Assembly: GCA_963701085.1 (NCBI GenBank)
Contig: OY969561.1
Location: 768,001-832,000, forward strand
DNA: 64,000 nt
From: an uncultured bacterium
Lineage (GTDB): Bacteria > Babelota > Babeliae > Babelales > Vermiphilaceae
Reading direction: 5' to 3'
Positions within the stretch are counted from its first letter, which is position 1, and each line of letters begins with the position of its first letter. The notes under the pieces were generated by a model. The model ran no database searches. It was given only the letters and a program-made list of their open reading frames with translations, and was not told where the DNA came from. The position numbers and the translations under genes are program-made. Below are positions 1 to 10,129 of the stretch, piece after piece.

Positions 1-2
1 AA

Positions 3-293
3 AACATTTCCGATAATTATCACAGCTCAATTGAACAAGAAGAAACACGTATCAAAACTCTCAGAACTCAGGTCAGCACATTTGGTTTACTTAATAAACC
101 AATAAGAAACAACATAGATACATTGCTCGCTCATAACAAACTTGAACTCCCAACAAATAAGTTCGATTATACAATGCAGGCATCAGAATCAAAACTTAAT
201 TCCTTAGCAAAAATAGCTAAAGATATGCCACAAATAATAACGTTTGACCCTAGTAAATTAGCAAAATGTCTCGAATTAGATCAAAAAAAGTAA
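3..293 (+). CDS. 3' part of a hypothetical helical protein running in from the left edge
   Basis: Frame 3 is open from the edge to TAA at 291-293 (...LELDQKK*), followed by a terminator-like hairpin; weak resemblance to the C-terminus of 343..1227. Confidence 0.7.
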   Translation, partial: NISDNYHSSIEQEETRIKTLRTQVSTFGLLNKPIRNNIDTLLAHNKLELPTNKFDYTMQASESKLNSLAKIAKDMPQIITFDPSKLAKCLELDQKK

Positions 294-304
294 ACACCTC
301 ATCT

Positions 305-334
305 GGGGCCAGAGCATATCTGGCCTCCTTTTTT
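305..334 (+). terminator. Intrinsic terminator
   Basis: GGCCAGA-gcata-TCTGGCC stem followed by a T run. Confidence 0.65.
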
Positions 335-342
335 ATAAGGAT

Positions 343-1227
343 ATGTACATGAAAAAAAATATTGCACATGCTCATTCATTGCTTCTGCTCCCATTAATTG
401 CTTCATTTTCTTTGCTAGGCATGGAGGAGCAGGCAATAACTACAACCGATGATCAAAAAAAGAATTTTGAAGAATCTGTATTAATACCACCAATACCAAC
501 AATCCGCGGCCTTGGTTTTGCCAGAGGACTCAAAGATTATATATGGAATGAAGAAGAGAATACTTACGCAGAACTCGTAAACAAACAAATAGATCTTACC
601 AATTCAAGCTATCATCGCAAATTGGATACCACCGTAGAAATTTACTCTTCCACAAGAAAAAATAGTGACCGCCTTGCAAGCGTCCTTACGTTGTGCCGGC
701 AAGAACCTTATAAAGGATTCATAAAAATTAATGATATCTCATCCTCCATGGCGCATATCTACCTTGTTCAAGAAAATAAAACCAAACAAACAAATCTTAA
801 AAACACCATAGAGGAAAAAGATAAAGCATTCATAGAGAACTACAATGGTTTACTTGAAGGGCTACAAGACTCTGTGAAAGAAAAAGTTGATACAATGAAT
901 ACACTGCTTAATTTGTATATCAAATCAAGAAATGATGATATTCAAGAAAAAGGTAATGAAATTAGAGTGCTTAAAAAAGCTCTCGTGAATCTTCACCACC
1001 TTAACAAAACATTCAAACTCCCCGAAGATAAAAAAACAGATGGTTACTGTTCAGATGAAGAAAAAAATCCAAACAATGTAGACACCTCTTACAATGACAA
1101 GCATCTGCTGGACAAAATAGATGCTACTTTTTCAATGAATGCAACAGAAACAAAAATTGAGCGTCTACTCAAAGCACTTCAGAATTTCAATGAAGCAATG
1201 CAAGGTATTCAAGCAGTCCGCTACTAA
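343..1227 (+). CDS. Secreted coiled-coil-rich hypothetical protein
   Basis: 294-aa ORF; hydrophobic signal peptide ending LLG-ME; AAGGA RBS. Confidence 0.8.
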   Translation: MYMKKNIAHAHSLLLLPLIASFSLLGMEEQAITTTDDQKKNFEESVLIPPIPTIRGLGFARGLKDYIWNEEENTYAELVNKQIDLTNSSYHRKLDTTVEIYSSTRKNSDRLASVLTLCRQEPYKGFIKINDISSSMAHIYLVQENKTKQTNLKNTIEEKDKAFIENYNGLLEGLQDSVKEKVDTMNTLLNLYIKSRNDDIQEKGNEIRVLKKALVNLHHLNKTFKLPEDKKTDGYCSDEEKNPNNVDTSYNDKHLLDKIDATFSMNATETKIERLLKALQNFNEAMQGIQAVRY

Positions 1228-1244
1228 AAAATTTCTAACTCAGT

Positions 1245-1274
1245 AGGCCAGCGTAAAACCTGGCCTTTTTTTTT
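1245..1274 (+). terminator. Intrinsic terminator between convergent genes
   Basis: AGGCCAG-cgtaaaac-CTGGCCT followed by a long T run. Confidence 0.75.
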
Positions 1275-1938
1275 ATACAACTCTACAAACAACTGCTACC
1301 GTGATTTTTCTTGGCTTTAATGCAAGCAACACTTTTGCTGCTGCACGCAACGTTGATCCTGTTGTCATTAAATCATCAATCAATAAAATATGCTTTCCCG
1401 CATATTCATGCGCCTGTACACCATTGAGCACAAACGCCTCCCTAAGATTCTCTACGCGCAGAGAGGAAACAAGCGTTGACTGGAATGCTGTTTTTTTTAC
1501 TCTTTTCAGCAGATGACACAAAGGAACATTTTTTTTCTTTTCTATAACACGCGCAATTTCATGCGCTTGATTAAATCCACGCCATGCATACCGGGTCCAA
1601 TGCAAAGGAATAGGCACGATTACATCATAATCAAGTTGTTGCAATGGCAAATGGTGCCACATCAGTTGCCCCATATTATGGCTTGCTAGTGCATCTGACC
1701 AACTTTTTGCCAAAATTAATTTTTTGAGAGGATCTTTATAATCTGAAATGGCGAGCACCGTCATAGAAAAACTGGGAGTCACATCAATGTGCTTGGATAC
1801 TATCGGAAAAATTTTATGCTTACATTCAGCACAAAAAATATCTGCTGTAGATAAAAAACATTTACAATATGCGCACAGGGATGGCATAAGAAACAAGCGC
1901 AAATTATTTTTTACAAGAGAAAAAAGAGAGTACAGCAT
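1273..1938 (-). CDS. comF: ComF family competence protein (double zinc ribbon + PRTase)
   Basis: CxxC...CxxC, VPIPLH..R..WRGFNQA, LLIDDLMTTGST. Confidence 0.92.
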   Translation of the reverse strand: MLYSLFSLVKNNLRLFLMPSLCAYCKCFLSTADIFCAECKHKIFPIVSKHIDVTPSFSMTVLAISDYKDPLKKLILAKSWSDALASHNMGQLMWHHLPLQQLDYDVIVPIPLHWTRYAWRGFNQAHEIARVIEKKKNVPLCHLLKRVKKTAFQSTLVSSLRVENLREAFVLNGVQAHEYAGKHILLIDDLMTTGSTLRAAAKVLLALKPRKITVAVVCRVV

Positions 1939-1940
1939 AT

Positions 1941-2396
1941 TTATTTTTCATATCGCAATAATAATATGCCAACACCAAGAACAATCATTGCATCTGCTAT
2001 GTTAAAAACAGGCCATGATAGCTCACCATAAGAGAGTACAATAAAATCAATCACTCCATGATAGAGCACACGGTCAACAACATTACATAATGAACCTGCG
2101 ATAATACAAACCTCTCCCCAAATAACATTACCGCGACGATAATTGTGGTATGCATACCAACACAACACTGCCGTGATCATTGTTATTATTAATGAAACAA
2201 AAATAAACAGTGCATCACTATCTCCATGAAACATGCCCCATGAAATTCCACGGTTAAACAGTACATCAAAAGATAAGAAGGCATTAACCACATACGCGTT
2301 TTCTGTACACCATGCAAGTGCTGCCAATTTGGTTATACGGTCAATAATAAAAATAAAGGCACCAAAAAAAAGGTACCCGTATATGTTTTTTTTCAT
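1941..2396 (-). CDS. lspA: Lipoprotein signal peptidase II
   Basis: DRITK, NRGISWG, NVVDR, VIDFI, WPVFNIAD; likely start MKKNIYG overlapping the pheT stop. Confidence 0.95.
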   Translation of the reverse strand: MKKNIYGYLFFGAFIFIIDRITKLAALAWCTENAYVVNAFLSFDVLFNRGISWGMFHGDSDALFIFVSLIITMITAVLCWYAYHNYRRGNVIWGEVCIIAGSLCNVVDRVLYHGVIDFIVLSYGELSWPVFNIADAMIVLGVGILLLRYEK

Positions 2397-4759
2397 TACC
2401 TGATCACCGCTCCCTGCTGCTGCAATTGCGCAATAACACGGCTCCACATTTCTTCAACTTCATCCGCAACCAACGTTTTTTCTTTATCACACATCTCCAC
2501 ATGGAATGTCATTGCCTTTTGATCTTTCCAATCAGGTTTAGCAAAAAAATCAATAAGTGCAACCGCTTCAATGCGTGAATCAACTGCCTTTATCATTTTC
2601 GTCAGCGCATCAGCAGTCACCATAACAGGAATTAACATACTCACGTCACGGCGCACGGATGGATATTTTGGTAACGGCTCAAAGCGAACAAGTGGACGCT
2701 TATATTCAATAAGATAATCAGCATTAATTTCAAAAATAAATGCAGCGCCACCGGCAGGTGAAAGTGATTGTATTACAGAATCATCAACCATGCCCGCAAT
2801 ACCAATACGTTTATCATCGTGCATAAGTACCGCTGTTTGATGTGCTGAGCACCATGAAAAATCAACCCCATCACGAATCGACCACACAACATTCATATGC
2901 AACTCATCAAACATACGCATAAGCATTGCTTTGCCGGCATAAAAATCTATACCTCCCGATTGATCAAAAAATATACCACTTACTGATTTTTGCTCAATAA
3001 TATCTTCACCCTGCATGTGCCATACGCGTCCCCATTCAAAAAATCGCAATGCGGTGTGATGAATGCTATTTTCACCAACAGCTTTAAGAAGATGTGGCTG
3101 CAATGTAGTAACTAAACGTGTATAATTTTCAGAAATAGGATTTTTTATTGCAACAAAATCGGTTGGCTGCCATGCAAGTTCACGCAATACTGATTCATCA
3201 AAAAAAGAGTATCCATACAACTCATGCATCATGAGACCATAACTCAAGAATTTTTTTATGGCACGAGTAGTATAGGTTTTATGCAAATCAGAGGGACGTA
3301 ATCGCAATGCAGGCATCACGCGTGGCAATGTATCATAGCCAATATATCGGCCAACCTCTTCTACAATATCTTCAGGAATTTTGACATCTTTTGTTGCACG
3401 GAAAGATGGCACCGTAATAGTATATATAATTTCTTCATGCTCAATAGATTGCGCTATGCCAAACCCAATGCGCTCTAAAATTGCAATAATGCGCTCAGGT
3501 TTAATAAGTATACCAAGACGCGCTTCAATAAAGTCATGCTCTACCGTAACATATTTTGGCTGTTGTAGGCGCCCCAATGATACAATATGATCACTTGTCT
3601 GATACATTACGCCTGCAGCATCAAGCAGAAAAAGATATCGCTTTAATGCATCAACGTTTTGATGAGGATCAAGACTTTTTTCAAAACGCATAGAAGCTTC
3701 GGTTCTTTTTTTATGACGCGCTGATGTACGTCTGATTGTTGTTGCATCAAAATTGGCTGATTCCAATACTACTGATTTTGTGCGCGCGGAAATACCGCTT
3801 TGTGCTCCGCCCATAATACCGGCAAGAGAAATTGCTTTACCACCATCAGCGATCACAATATCATCTGGTGTTAATTCAACTGTTTCACCATCAAGCAACA
3901 GTAATTTTTCTGCCTGCCCTTTGGAGCCTTGGCGAAATAGGGTCTGTGCGGTAGCAATAGTTATTTTTCTTGATTGCAGCACATCAGCATCAAAGGCATG
4001 CATTGGTTGACCCAGATCAAGCATGACATAATTAGTGAGATCAACAAGTAAATCTATAGATCTGCTATCAAGACGGCTTAATCTCACCACCATGTTCAAT
4101 TGCGATGCTCGTGGCGTAATTGATGGAATATACAATGCCGCAAAACGGCTGCACAAATCTGTTTGAATAGAAATGGTAAACGGATTATGAACATCAGCTT
4201 GTGCGGTTAATTCATGCGCGATAACATCTTTTTGCGCAATACATCCATCAAGTGGCCGCAGTTGCACATCAAGAATAGCAGCAATTTCACGCGCAAGGCC
4301 ACGATGCCCCCATAAATCGGGACGACTATTAATTGATTTATTATCAACTTCTATAACATAATCATGTAATTCTACGGTTGTCTTCCATCCACCTGAGCGT
4401 AAATCTGCTTGCACATCAAGAGCTGGCAATAGCATCTCTTTTGTTCCACCCAACATAACTGATGTTGCCCATTTCTGAGCATTGCCGGCATCAGTTATCA
4501 TGAATAACGCTCCCACAATAGCATCTGCACGTATTGGTAATATATATTTTTTATTACGCTCTACTGAATGCACGGTCACGCCATCAGCTGCAATTGCAAC
4601 AACTTCTGCAAGAGTGAGCTCATCGGTGTTGAGGGTAACTTTTCTCCACCCTTCAATTTCCGCCGTTGTCTTTATAAAATTATCAACAAGCTGTGCAACA
4701 TCTATACGTGATAATTCGCCTTTAATATGATCAAAAATCCAGTTCAATGATATTTTCAT
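2396..4759 (-). CDS. pheT: Phenylalanine--tRNA ligase beta subunit
   Basis: MKISLNWI start, SRPDLWGHRGLAREIAA, LGQPMHAFD, LESANFD, C-terminal FDX-ACB (YPSVRRDVS). Confidence 0.97.
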   Translation of the reverse strand: MKISLNWIFDHIKGELSRIDVAQLVDNFIKTTAEIEGWRKVTLNTDELTLAEVVAIAADGVTVHSVERNKKYILPIRADAIVGALFMITDAGNAQKWATSVMLGGTKEMLLPALDVQADLRSGGWKTTVELHDYVIEVDNKSINSRPDLWGHRGLAREIAAILDVQLRPLDGCIAQKDVIAHELTAQADVHNPFTISIQTDLCSRFAALYIPSITPRASQLNMVVRLSRLDSRSIDLLVDLTNYVMLDLGQPMHAFDADVLQSRKITIATAQTLFRQGSKGQAEKLLLLDGETVELTPDDIVIADGGKAISLAGIMGGAQSGISARTKSVVLESANFDATTIRRTSARHKKRTEASMRFEKSLDPHQNVDALKRYLFLLDAAGVMYQTSDHIVSLGRLQQPKYVTVEHDFIEARLGILIKPERIIAILERIGFGIAQSIEHEEIIYTITVPSFRATKDVKIPEDIVEEVGRYIGYDTLPRVMPALRLRPSDLHKTYTTRAIKKFLSYGLMMHELYGYSFFDESVLRELAWQPTDFVAIKNPISENYTRLVTTLQPHLLKAVGENSIHHTALRFFEWGRVWHMQGEDIIEQKSVSGIFFDQSGGIDFYAGKAMLMRMFDELHMNVVWSIRDGVDFSWCSAHQTAVLMHDDKRIGIAGMVDDSVIQSLSPAGGAAFIFEINADYLIEYKRPLVRFEPLPKYPSVRRDVSMLIPVMVTADALTKMIKAVDSRIEAVALIDFFAKPDWKDQKAMTFHVEMCDKEKTLVADEVEEMWSRVIAQLQQQGAVIR
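3912..3942. repeat. 31-nt palindromic module A inserted in frame inside pheT
   Basis: GCCTGCCCTTTGGAGCCTTGGCGAAATAGGG aligns with the intergenic copies at 10059, 13518 (reverse) and 28150. Confidence 0.8.
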
Positions 4760-4841
4760 TGCGATACTCTTTTTTAGTAAAAAAATAACCAAATATATAT
4801 CTAGGATAGCTCAAATGGCAGATCTTTCAATGAAACACCAT

Positions 4842-4881
4842 AAAAAAAAGAGGCTTGGAACTTATCCAAGCCTCTTTTTTT
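4842..4881 (-). terminator. Bidirectional intrinsic terminator downstream of the aquaporin gene
   Basis: A7-GAGGCTTGGA-actta-TCCAAGCCTC-T7. Confidence 0.85.
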
Positions 4882-4912
4882 ATTAACGTATCGATTAATT
4901 TTCAGAACACGT

Positions 4913-5542
4913 TTACTGTCTGTTGATGTACGCTTCAGATCTGAAATAATCAAACATAAGCGATGCGCCAAATGCACCAAGCAATGGTCCAGCAATATAC
5001 ACTATCACGCTTGCCATGCCGCCCATCACTCCATCTTTTGCCATGTTGCATGCCATTGATGCAATTGCAACTGCTGGATTAAAAAGACTTCCTGCAGAAA
5101 CTATTGCCATTAAAGTCAACCCAATAACAATTCCTGCAATTGCAGTATCTTTATAACGATTACTTACATTCATGGTTAAGTACACCCAACACAATACCAA
5201 CACCAATAATGCTTCAATCGCCATAGGACCAACAAGCGGACTTCCTGGTACCATATCTAACGTAAAGCTGTTATTGGTAATCATCATAAAAAAGCATAAC
5301 GCTGCAACCGCACCAAGAGATTGTGCTGCAATATACATTCCCATATCAGCAAGCTTTAACCTCTTTTGAACGAAACATGCAAAACTAATCGCTGGATTAA
5401 AATGAGCACCAGAAACGTGCCCACCAACATAGATCATCGCCATCAACATAAGCCCAATTGCAATCGGGTTGCCAATTAAACTAATCGCTACCGTCAAAAA
5501 GAACGTACCTACAAACTCCATTGCATACCGCTTCATACTCAT
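4913..5542 (-). CDS. MIP family aquaporin
   Basis: EFVGTF, SGAHFNPAIS and a second NPA motif, six TM segments. Confidence 0.93.
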   Translation of the reverse strand: MSMKRYAMEFVGTFFLTVAISLIGNPIAIGLMLMAMIYVGGHVSGAHFNPAISFACFVQKRLKLADMGMYIAAQSLGAVAALCFFMMITNNSFTLDMVPGSPLVGPMAIEALLVLVLCWVYLTMNVSNRYKDTAIAGIVIGLTLMAIVSAGSLFNPAVAIASMACNMAKDGVMGGMASVIVYIAGPLLGAFGASLMFDYFRSEAYINRQ

Positions 5543-5719
5543 CCTTCCTCATTTTTTGGACATATACAATACAACTACTAACCCTTCGATTATTAGCAGA
5601 TCATTAAAATTATGCAAGTTTTGTGTAAAAAATTACGCAAGTCTGCAATAAAAAGAAATTGCTGCCAAAAAAAAACGGTGATATAGTAAATATAACAACA
5701 GATTCATCACCTTCTTTCC

Positions 5720-6484
5720 ATGAAAAACATTACCATGAATAATGAAATTTTACGCATCAACTCACTCACAAAAACATATGATGGCAATGGTCACATTGTA
5801 CACGCACTTAATGATGTTTCATTCAGCATCAATACCGGTGAAATATTTAGCCTGCTTGGGGTAAACGGTGCGGGGAAAACAACCTTATCTTCTATTTTAG
5901 CAACCCTCCACCCACCAACATCAGGTGATGTTCTTTATAATGGATCATCAATTTATAATGATATTGATAGCTATCGCATGGATCTTGGCTTCTGCCCACA
6001 ACACCAAAACTTGGATCAATTTTTAACTGTTGAAGAAAATTTATATTTTGCTGGGCGTTATTTTTTAGTTCCAAAAAATATTCTTGCCGAACGAGTTGCC
6101 TATCTTCTTGAACATTTTGGATTACAGCAATATGCCAATTTTGAGATCAATGAACTTTCTGGCGGCAACAAACAACGTGTTCTTATTGCCCGTGCATTAA
6201 TACACAATCCAAAAATTATCATCTTTGATGAACCAACAGTTGGCCTAGACCCTGATATTCGTCGCGCATTATGGGAACAGATTAAATCATTAAAGAAAAT
6301 GGGTATCACCATTATTTTAACAACACATTACCTTGATGAAGCAGAACAACTATCTGATAGAGTCTGTTTTTTACACAGGGGAAAAGTAATTCTCATTGAT
6401 TCCGTGCAAAACTTAAAAACACAGTACAACAATAATCACCTTGAAGATATATTTATTGAACTTGTACGCGAACAAAAAGAGTAG
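5720..6484 (+). CDS. ABC-2 exporter ATP-binding protein (NodI/DrrA-like)
   Basis: GVNGAGKTT, LSGGN, FDEPT, TTHY. Confidence 0.93.
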   Translation: MKNITMNNEILRINSLTKTYDGNGHIVHALNDVSFSINTGEIFSLLGVNGAGKTTLSSILATLHPPTSGDVLYNGSSIYNDIDSYRMDLGFCPQHQNLDQFLTVEENLYFAGRYFLVPKNILAERVAYLLEHFGLQQYANFEINELSGGNKQRVLIARALIHNPKIIIFDEPTVGLDPDIRRALWEQIKSLKKMGITIILTTHYLDEAEQLSDRVCFLHRGKVILIDSVQNLKTQYNNNHLEDIFIELVREQKE

Positions 6485-6491
6485 GAGCCTA

Positions 6492-7283
6492 ATGAACACA
6501 TTTACCCATAATATCGCAATCTTTTGGGCGCTTATTACGCGAGATCTCAAAGTACTCAAACACCGCTTAAGCAACCTCATTATTGATGGATTAATTTTAG
6601 TGTGCGTAACCGTACTTACATTTGGTTATCTTTTACCATTGCTCGGCATGCCAACAACACTCATTGCACCAATTTTTCTTGGTAACTCGCTCTCATTTTT
6701 TCTTGCATCACTGGGGTACAACTTTGCAACACGCATGGTCTATGATCTTAAATTCGATCATTTTATCGATTATTTTTTAACATTACCATTACCAAGACGT
6801 TGGCTATTTGCCTATTTTATTAGCTCATTTATTATTGAAAGCAGCATTGTTACCTTACCACTCGTAACCTTTGGCATTATATTATTAGGCAAAAACTTTG
6901 GCCCCATTAATGGTAGCTTTATCACATTTTTAGCTGTTTATTTTTTGGTACTACTGTTTTGGGCACTTTTTTTCTTGGGCTCAAGTTTTACCTGCAGTTA
7001 TCAATGGTTCAAAAACAATATGTGGGCACGTCGCATTATGCCACTTTTTGTACTCAGTTCTGCATTTTTCACGTTCAAAACAGTTGCCTCTATTATGCCA
7101 ATATTTAGCACAATAATGCTCTGTAATCCATTGACCTATCTTGTTGAAGGGTTACGCACTGCACTGCTTGGTGGCACTGATTATCTACCATTAACAACCT
7201 GCGTGATGGGTATATTTGTTGCCATAATAATAATGTCTTTCAGATTACATTATGGCATCCACAAACAACTTGATCCGGTATAG
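6492..7283 (+). CDS. ABC-2 exporter permease
   Basis: Six TM segments, NPLTYLVEGLR; start MNTFTH after AGGAG. Confidence 0.88.
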   Translation: MNTFTHNIAIFWALITRDLKVLKHRLSNLIIDGLILVCVTVLTFGYLLPLLGMPTTLIAPIFLGNSLSFFLASLGYNFATRMVYDLKFDHFIDYFLTLPLPRRWLFAYFISSFIIESSIVTLPLVTFGIILLGKNFGPINGSFITFLAVYFLVLLFWALFFLGSSFTCSYQWFKNNMWARRIMPLFVLSSAFFTFKTVASIMPIFSTIMLCNPLTYLVEGLRTALLGGTDYLPLTTCVMGIFVAIIIMSFRLHYGIHKQLDPV

Positions 7284-7294
7284 GAATAAACAAC

Positions 7295-8092
7295 ATGTTA
7301 TCAAAAAAAACAGTCCAAACAGCGTACATTTTTATGCAATTTTTACGACGTGATGCATATGTCCACACACGTCAATTGCGTGATCATATAATCAATTACT
7401 CACTCATTTATCCCACGCTTTATATGTTTTGCTTTGCATACCTACAAACAGCAATCTACTTTCATGGACAAAGCCGCATTGGCGCAATTGTATTTTCTGG
7501 CACCTGTCTTGTTCCACTCGTGGTAATGGCATTCCATATTACGTTTGATTTATTGTTTGATTTAGAAAAAAATCGCCACATCGATTATCAAATGATGGCA
7601 CTCAAACCACACTTAATAATTATTGAACAAATTCTCTTTTCTTCTATTTTTACCTTTTTTATTATGATTCCGTTTTTTCCTCTTGCACGTATTTTTGCAA
7701 GCTCTTGTATTGACCTGAGGCATATCTCATGGCCATCACTTTATCTTATACTTTATTGTGGATCTCTCTGCGTTTCTGCGTATCACAAACTTGCAGCAAC
7801 ACTACTCACCGTGGAAAAAATTAGCATGTTTTGGACACGCATAAATCACATCTTGCTTGTACTTGGCGGCTTTTGGATTCCGCTTTATACCATACGTTCA
7901 TTTTCACCAACACTTGGTTTTATGCTTCGCTTTAATCCCATTGTCTATCTGACCGAAGGATTACGACAATCTATTGTTGGCGGCAATGATTTTTTACCAA
8001 TTTCCCAATGCGTTGCAGCACTACTTATTCTCAGCGTCCTGTTTACCGCACTCGCATGCCATTTCTTTAAAAAACGCGTTGACCATATATAA
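7295..8092 (+). CDS. ABC-2 exporter permease (second)
   Basis: Six TM segments, NPIVYLTEGLR. Confidence 0.88.
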   Translation: MLSKKTVQTAYIFMQFLRRDAYVHTRQLRDHIINYSLIYPTLYMFCFAYLQTAIYFHGQSRIGAIVFSGTCLVPLVVMAFHITFDLLFDLEKNRHIDYQMMALKPHLIIIEQILFSSIFTFFIMIPFFPLARIFASSCIDLRHISWPSLYLILYCGSLCVSAYHKLAATLLTVEKISMFWTRINHILLVLGGFWIPLYTIRSFSPTLGFMLRFNPIVYLTEGLRQSIVGGNDFLPISQCVAALLILSVLFTALACHFFKKRVDHI

Positions 8093-8167
8093 ATAACGTG
8101 AGTTCGACAGCCAAACCAATAAATGCTATAAAATGCATAATATTTTTGTAGCGCTCAAAAAAGGATA

Positions 8168-9070
8168 TTGATGAAAAAAAATCTATTAATCATCCCATCC
8201 CTTTGCACCATTCTTGCTCACGCAATGGAAACAAATTCTTTCAGTATTATGCACTACGGAACAATAATTAATCTCACCAAACAATCTTTATGTACTGTTG
8301 TCAATAATGTCGATCTTGTCATTGTTGGAAGACACGAACAGCAACTGTTACAATTTTCCTCACCTGATTTTTCCTATACACCAGGAGAAATGTACTATGC
8401 AGACAACACTATTTACACAAAAAATAAAGAGTATGATAGCGCTTCTGACGATGATACGTATAAACCATTTGCCGAGGAAAATAAAAGACTGCTTCGGAAA
8501 AAAACCGAGCAAAAAATAATAAGCAACATTGTAATACAGATTGCAGAACCACGCATTCCACAAATTATCTGGTATCGAGACCCTCGCACCAATACACCAA
8601 CCCCCACCCCTCATTATGAAACTACAAGACCCAATAAAAATAGCCCCTTTTTTAGTCATCACCTCACCTTCGATGGCGCTCAAGCTATTATCGAAGCTTC
8701 AAAAGATTTATCTCTATGTTACGCAACAGCTTTAACAGACGGACTTTATCAATTATTTAAAAAAAAAGATAAAAGCATAGCTCTTGCCACACTCAGCGCT
8801 GACGTTGGTTTTCCAAGAGAAAAAGCTGCACCAATTGCTGTAAAAGAAGTTCTTACATTTGTTAGAAACAATCCAAAAGCATATGCCCGCATAGAACTGT
8901 TTGTAAAAAAACGCTCAGAATTTACCTTATACAAACAACTCTTAAATGCATACTGGGAAAGAATATGCCCTTTGTATTGCGCACATAAAGATCAAGACAG
9001 CCTCTTATCAAATGTACCACGTGATATAATAGACTATATAACATGGCTCATGGAACAGATAAAAAAATAA
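8168..9070 (+). CDS. Secreted macro-domain-like protein, copy 1
   Basis: Signal ending HA-ME; SIALATLSADVGFPREKAAPIA resembles the macro-domain SIAFPxISTGxxGFPxxxAA motif. Confidence 0.75.
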   Translation: MMKKNLLIIPSLCTILAHAMETNSFSIMHYGTIINLTKQSLCTVVNNVDLVIVGRHEQQLLQFSSPDFSYTPGEMYYADNTIYTKNKEYDSASDDDTYKPFAEENKRLLRKKTEQKIISNIVIQIAEPRIPQIIWYRDPRTNTPTPTPHYETTRPNKNSPFFSHHLTFDGAQAIIEASKDLSLCYATALTDGLYQLFKKKDKSIALATLSADVGFPREKAAPIAVKEVLTFVRNNPKAYARIELFVKKRSEFTLYKQLLNAYWERICPLYCAHKDQDSLLSNVPRDIIDYITWLMEQIKK

Positions 9071-9088
9071 TATTTTTTAAGGATCTTA

Positions 9089-10006
9089 ATGCAAAAAAAT
9101 ATTCTCATACTCGCATCTCTTGCCACCACATTTATTCACGGCATGGAAACAGTTTCTTTACATCAGGCAACAATAAATTCTTGGAGCATTTTATACTATA
9201 CAACAAAAATTCATCTCACCCAAGAATCGTTGTTTGATGTAAGTGATAAAGTTGATATTACCGTTGTTGGTAAATATCAACAAAAGATGTTAGGTGATGA
9301 CGAAACTTATGCTTACGATACCATAGGAATAACATATTTTCCTGATCCTCCTATTATTTATCAAAAAAAAAATAATAATAGCTCTTCTGTTAATGATACC
9401 TATAACCCCTATCATCCAGAAAAAAAAAATTTACCAAGTGATAGCAAAATAATAGAAAGAAACCATCTGGTAAAAGTCGTGGAACCTTGCATCATTCAAA
9501 AATATCACACAAAAAAAATCGGTGGAAAAATTATCCGTACAATTACCAAAAGAAAAACAATTTCTAAAAATGTAACCTTAAAAAACAATATCCCCATATT
9601 TTCAGAAGAGAAAAAACATGCATTAGCTCGCTGCTATGATAATGTTTTATTGTCTCCTCGATTTACGATTATCATGAGTTATGCTATAAAGAATTATAAT
9701 AAAAAAAGAAGCATCGCCCTTCCAACACTCAGCGTTGATTTTGGTTTTCCAAGACAAGAAGCAGCTTCCATTGCAGTAACAACAATTGTTAATTTTATAA
9801 GAAACAATCAAAATATGTATGACAATATATACTTTATCATAGAAAAACAATCTGATTTTAATATATATAAAAAATTACTTTTAAAGCCTTGGAAAAAAAT
9901 AATTCTTTTTTTATGTGCATCTCAAGATAAGGGAAGTACTTTATCAATACTACCACCAGATATCATATGGCACATCGTGGCTGGGGATTTATCTTTTAAT
10001 TCTTAA
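9089..10006 (+). CDS. Secreted macro-domain-like protein, copy 2
   Basis: Signal ending HG-ME; LARCYDNVL, SIALPTLSVDFGFPRQEAA. Confidence 0.75.
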   Translation: MQKNILILASLATTFIHGMETVSLHQATINSWSILYYTTKIHLTQESLFDVSDKVDITVVGKYQQKMLGDDETYAYDTIGITYFPDPPIIYQKKNNNSSSVNDTYNPYHPEKKNLPSDSKIIERNHLVKVVEPCIIQKYHTKKIGGKIIRTITKRKTISKNVTLKNNIPIFSEEKKHALARCYDNVLLSPRFTIIMSYAIKNYNKKRSIALPTLSVDFGFPRQEAASIAVTTIVNFIRNNQNMYDNIYFIIEKQSDFNIYKKLLLKPWKKIILFLCASQDKGSTLSILPPDIIWHIVAGDLSFNS

Positions 10007-10042
10007 ATTATGTTATAATAATAAACAAACAATCTTATATTT

Positions 10043-10103
10043 CTCCTGCGCTCATCCTGCCTGCCCGACGAAGCCTTGGCAAAGTAGGGAACTTGTTGAA
10101 GGA
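10043..10103. repeat. Half of palindromic element B with module A nested inside
   Basis: TCCTGCGCTCATCCTG[CCTGCCCGACGAAGCCTTGGCAAAGTAGGG]AACTTGTTGAAGG, versus the uninterrupted form at 25281-25310. Confidence 0.8.
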
Positions 10104-10129
10104 TTAAGCGCAATAAAACAGGTCTTACT

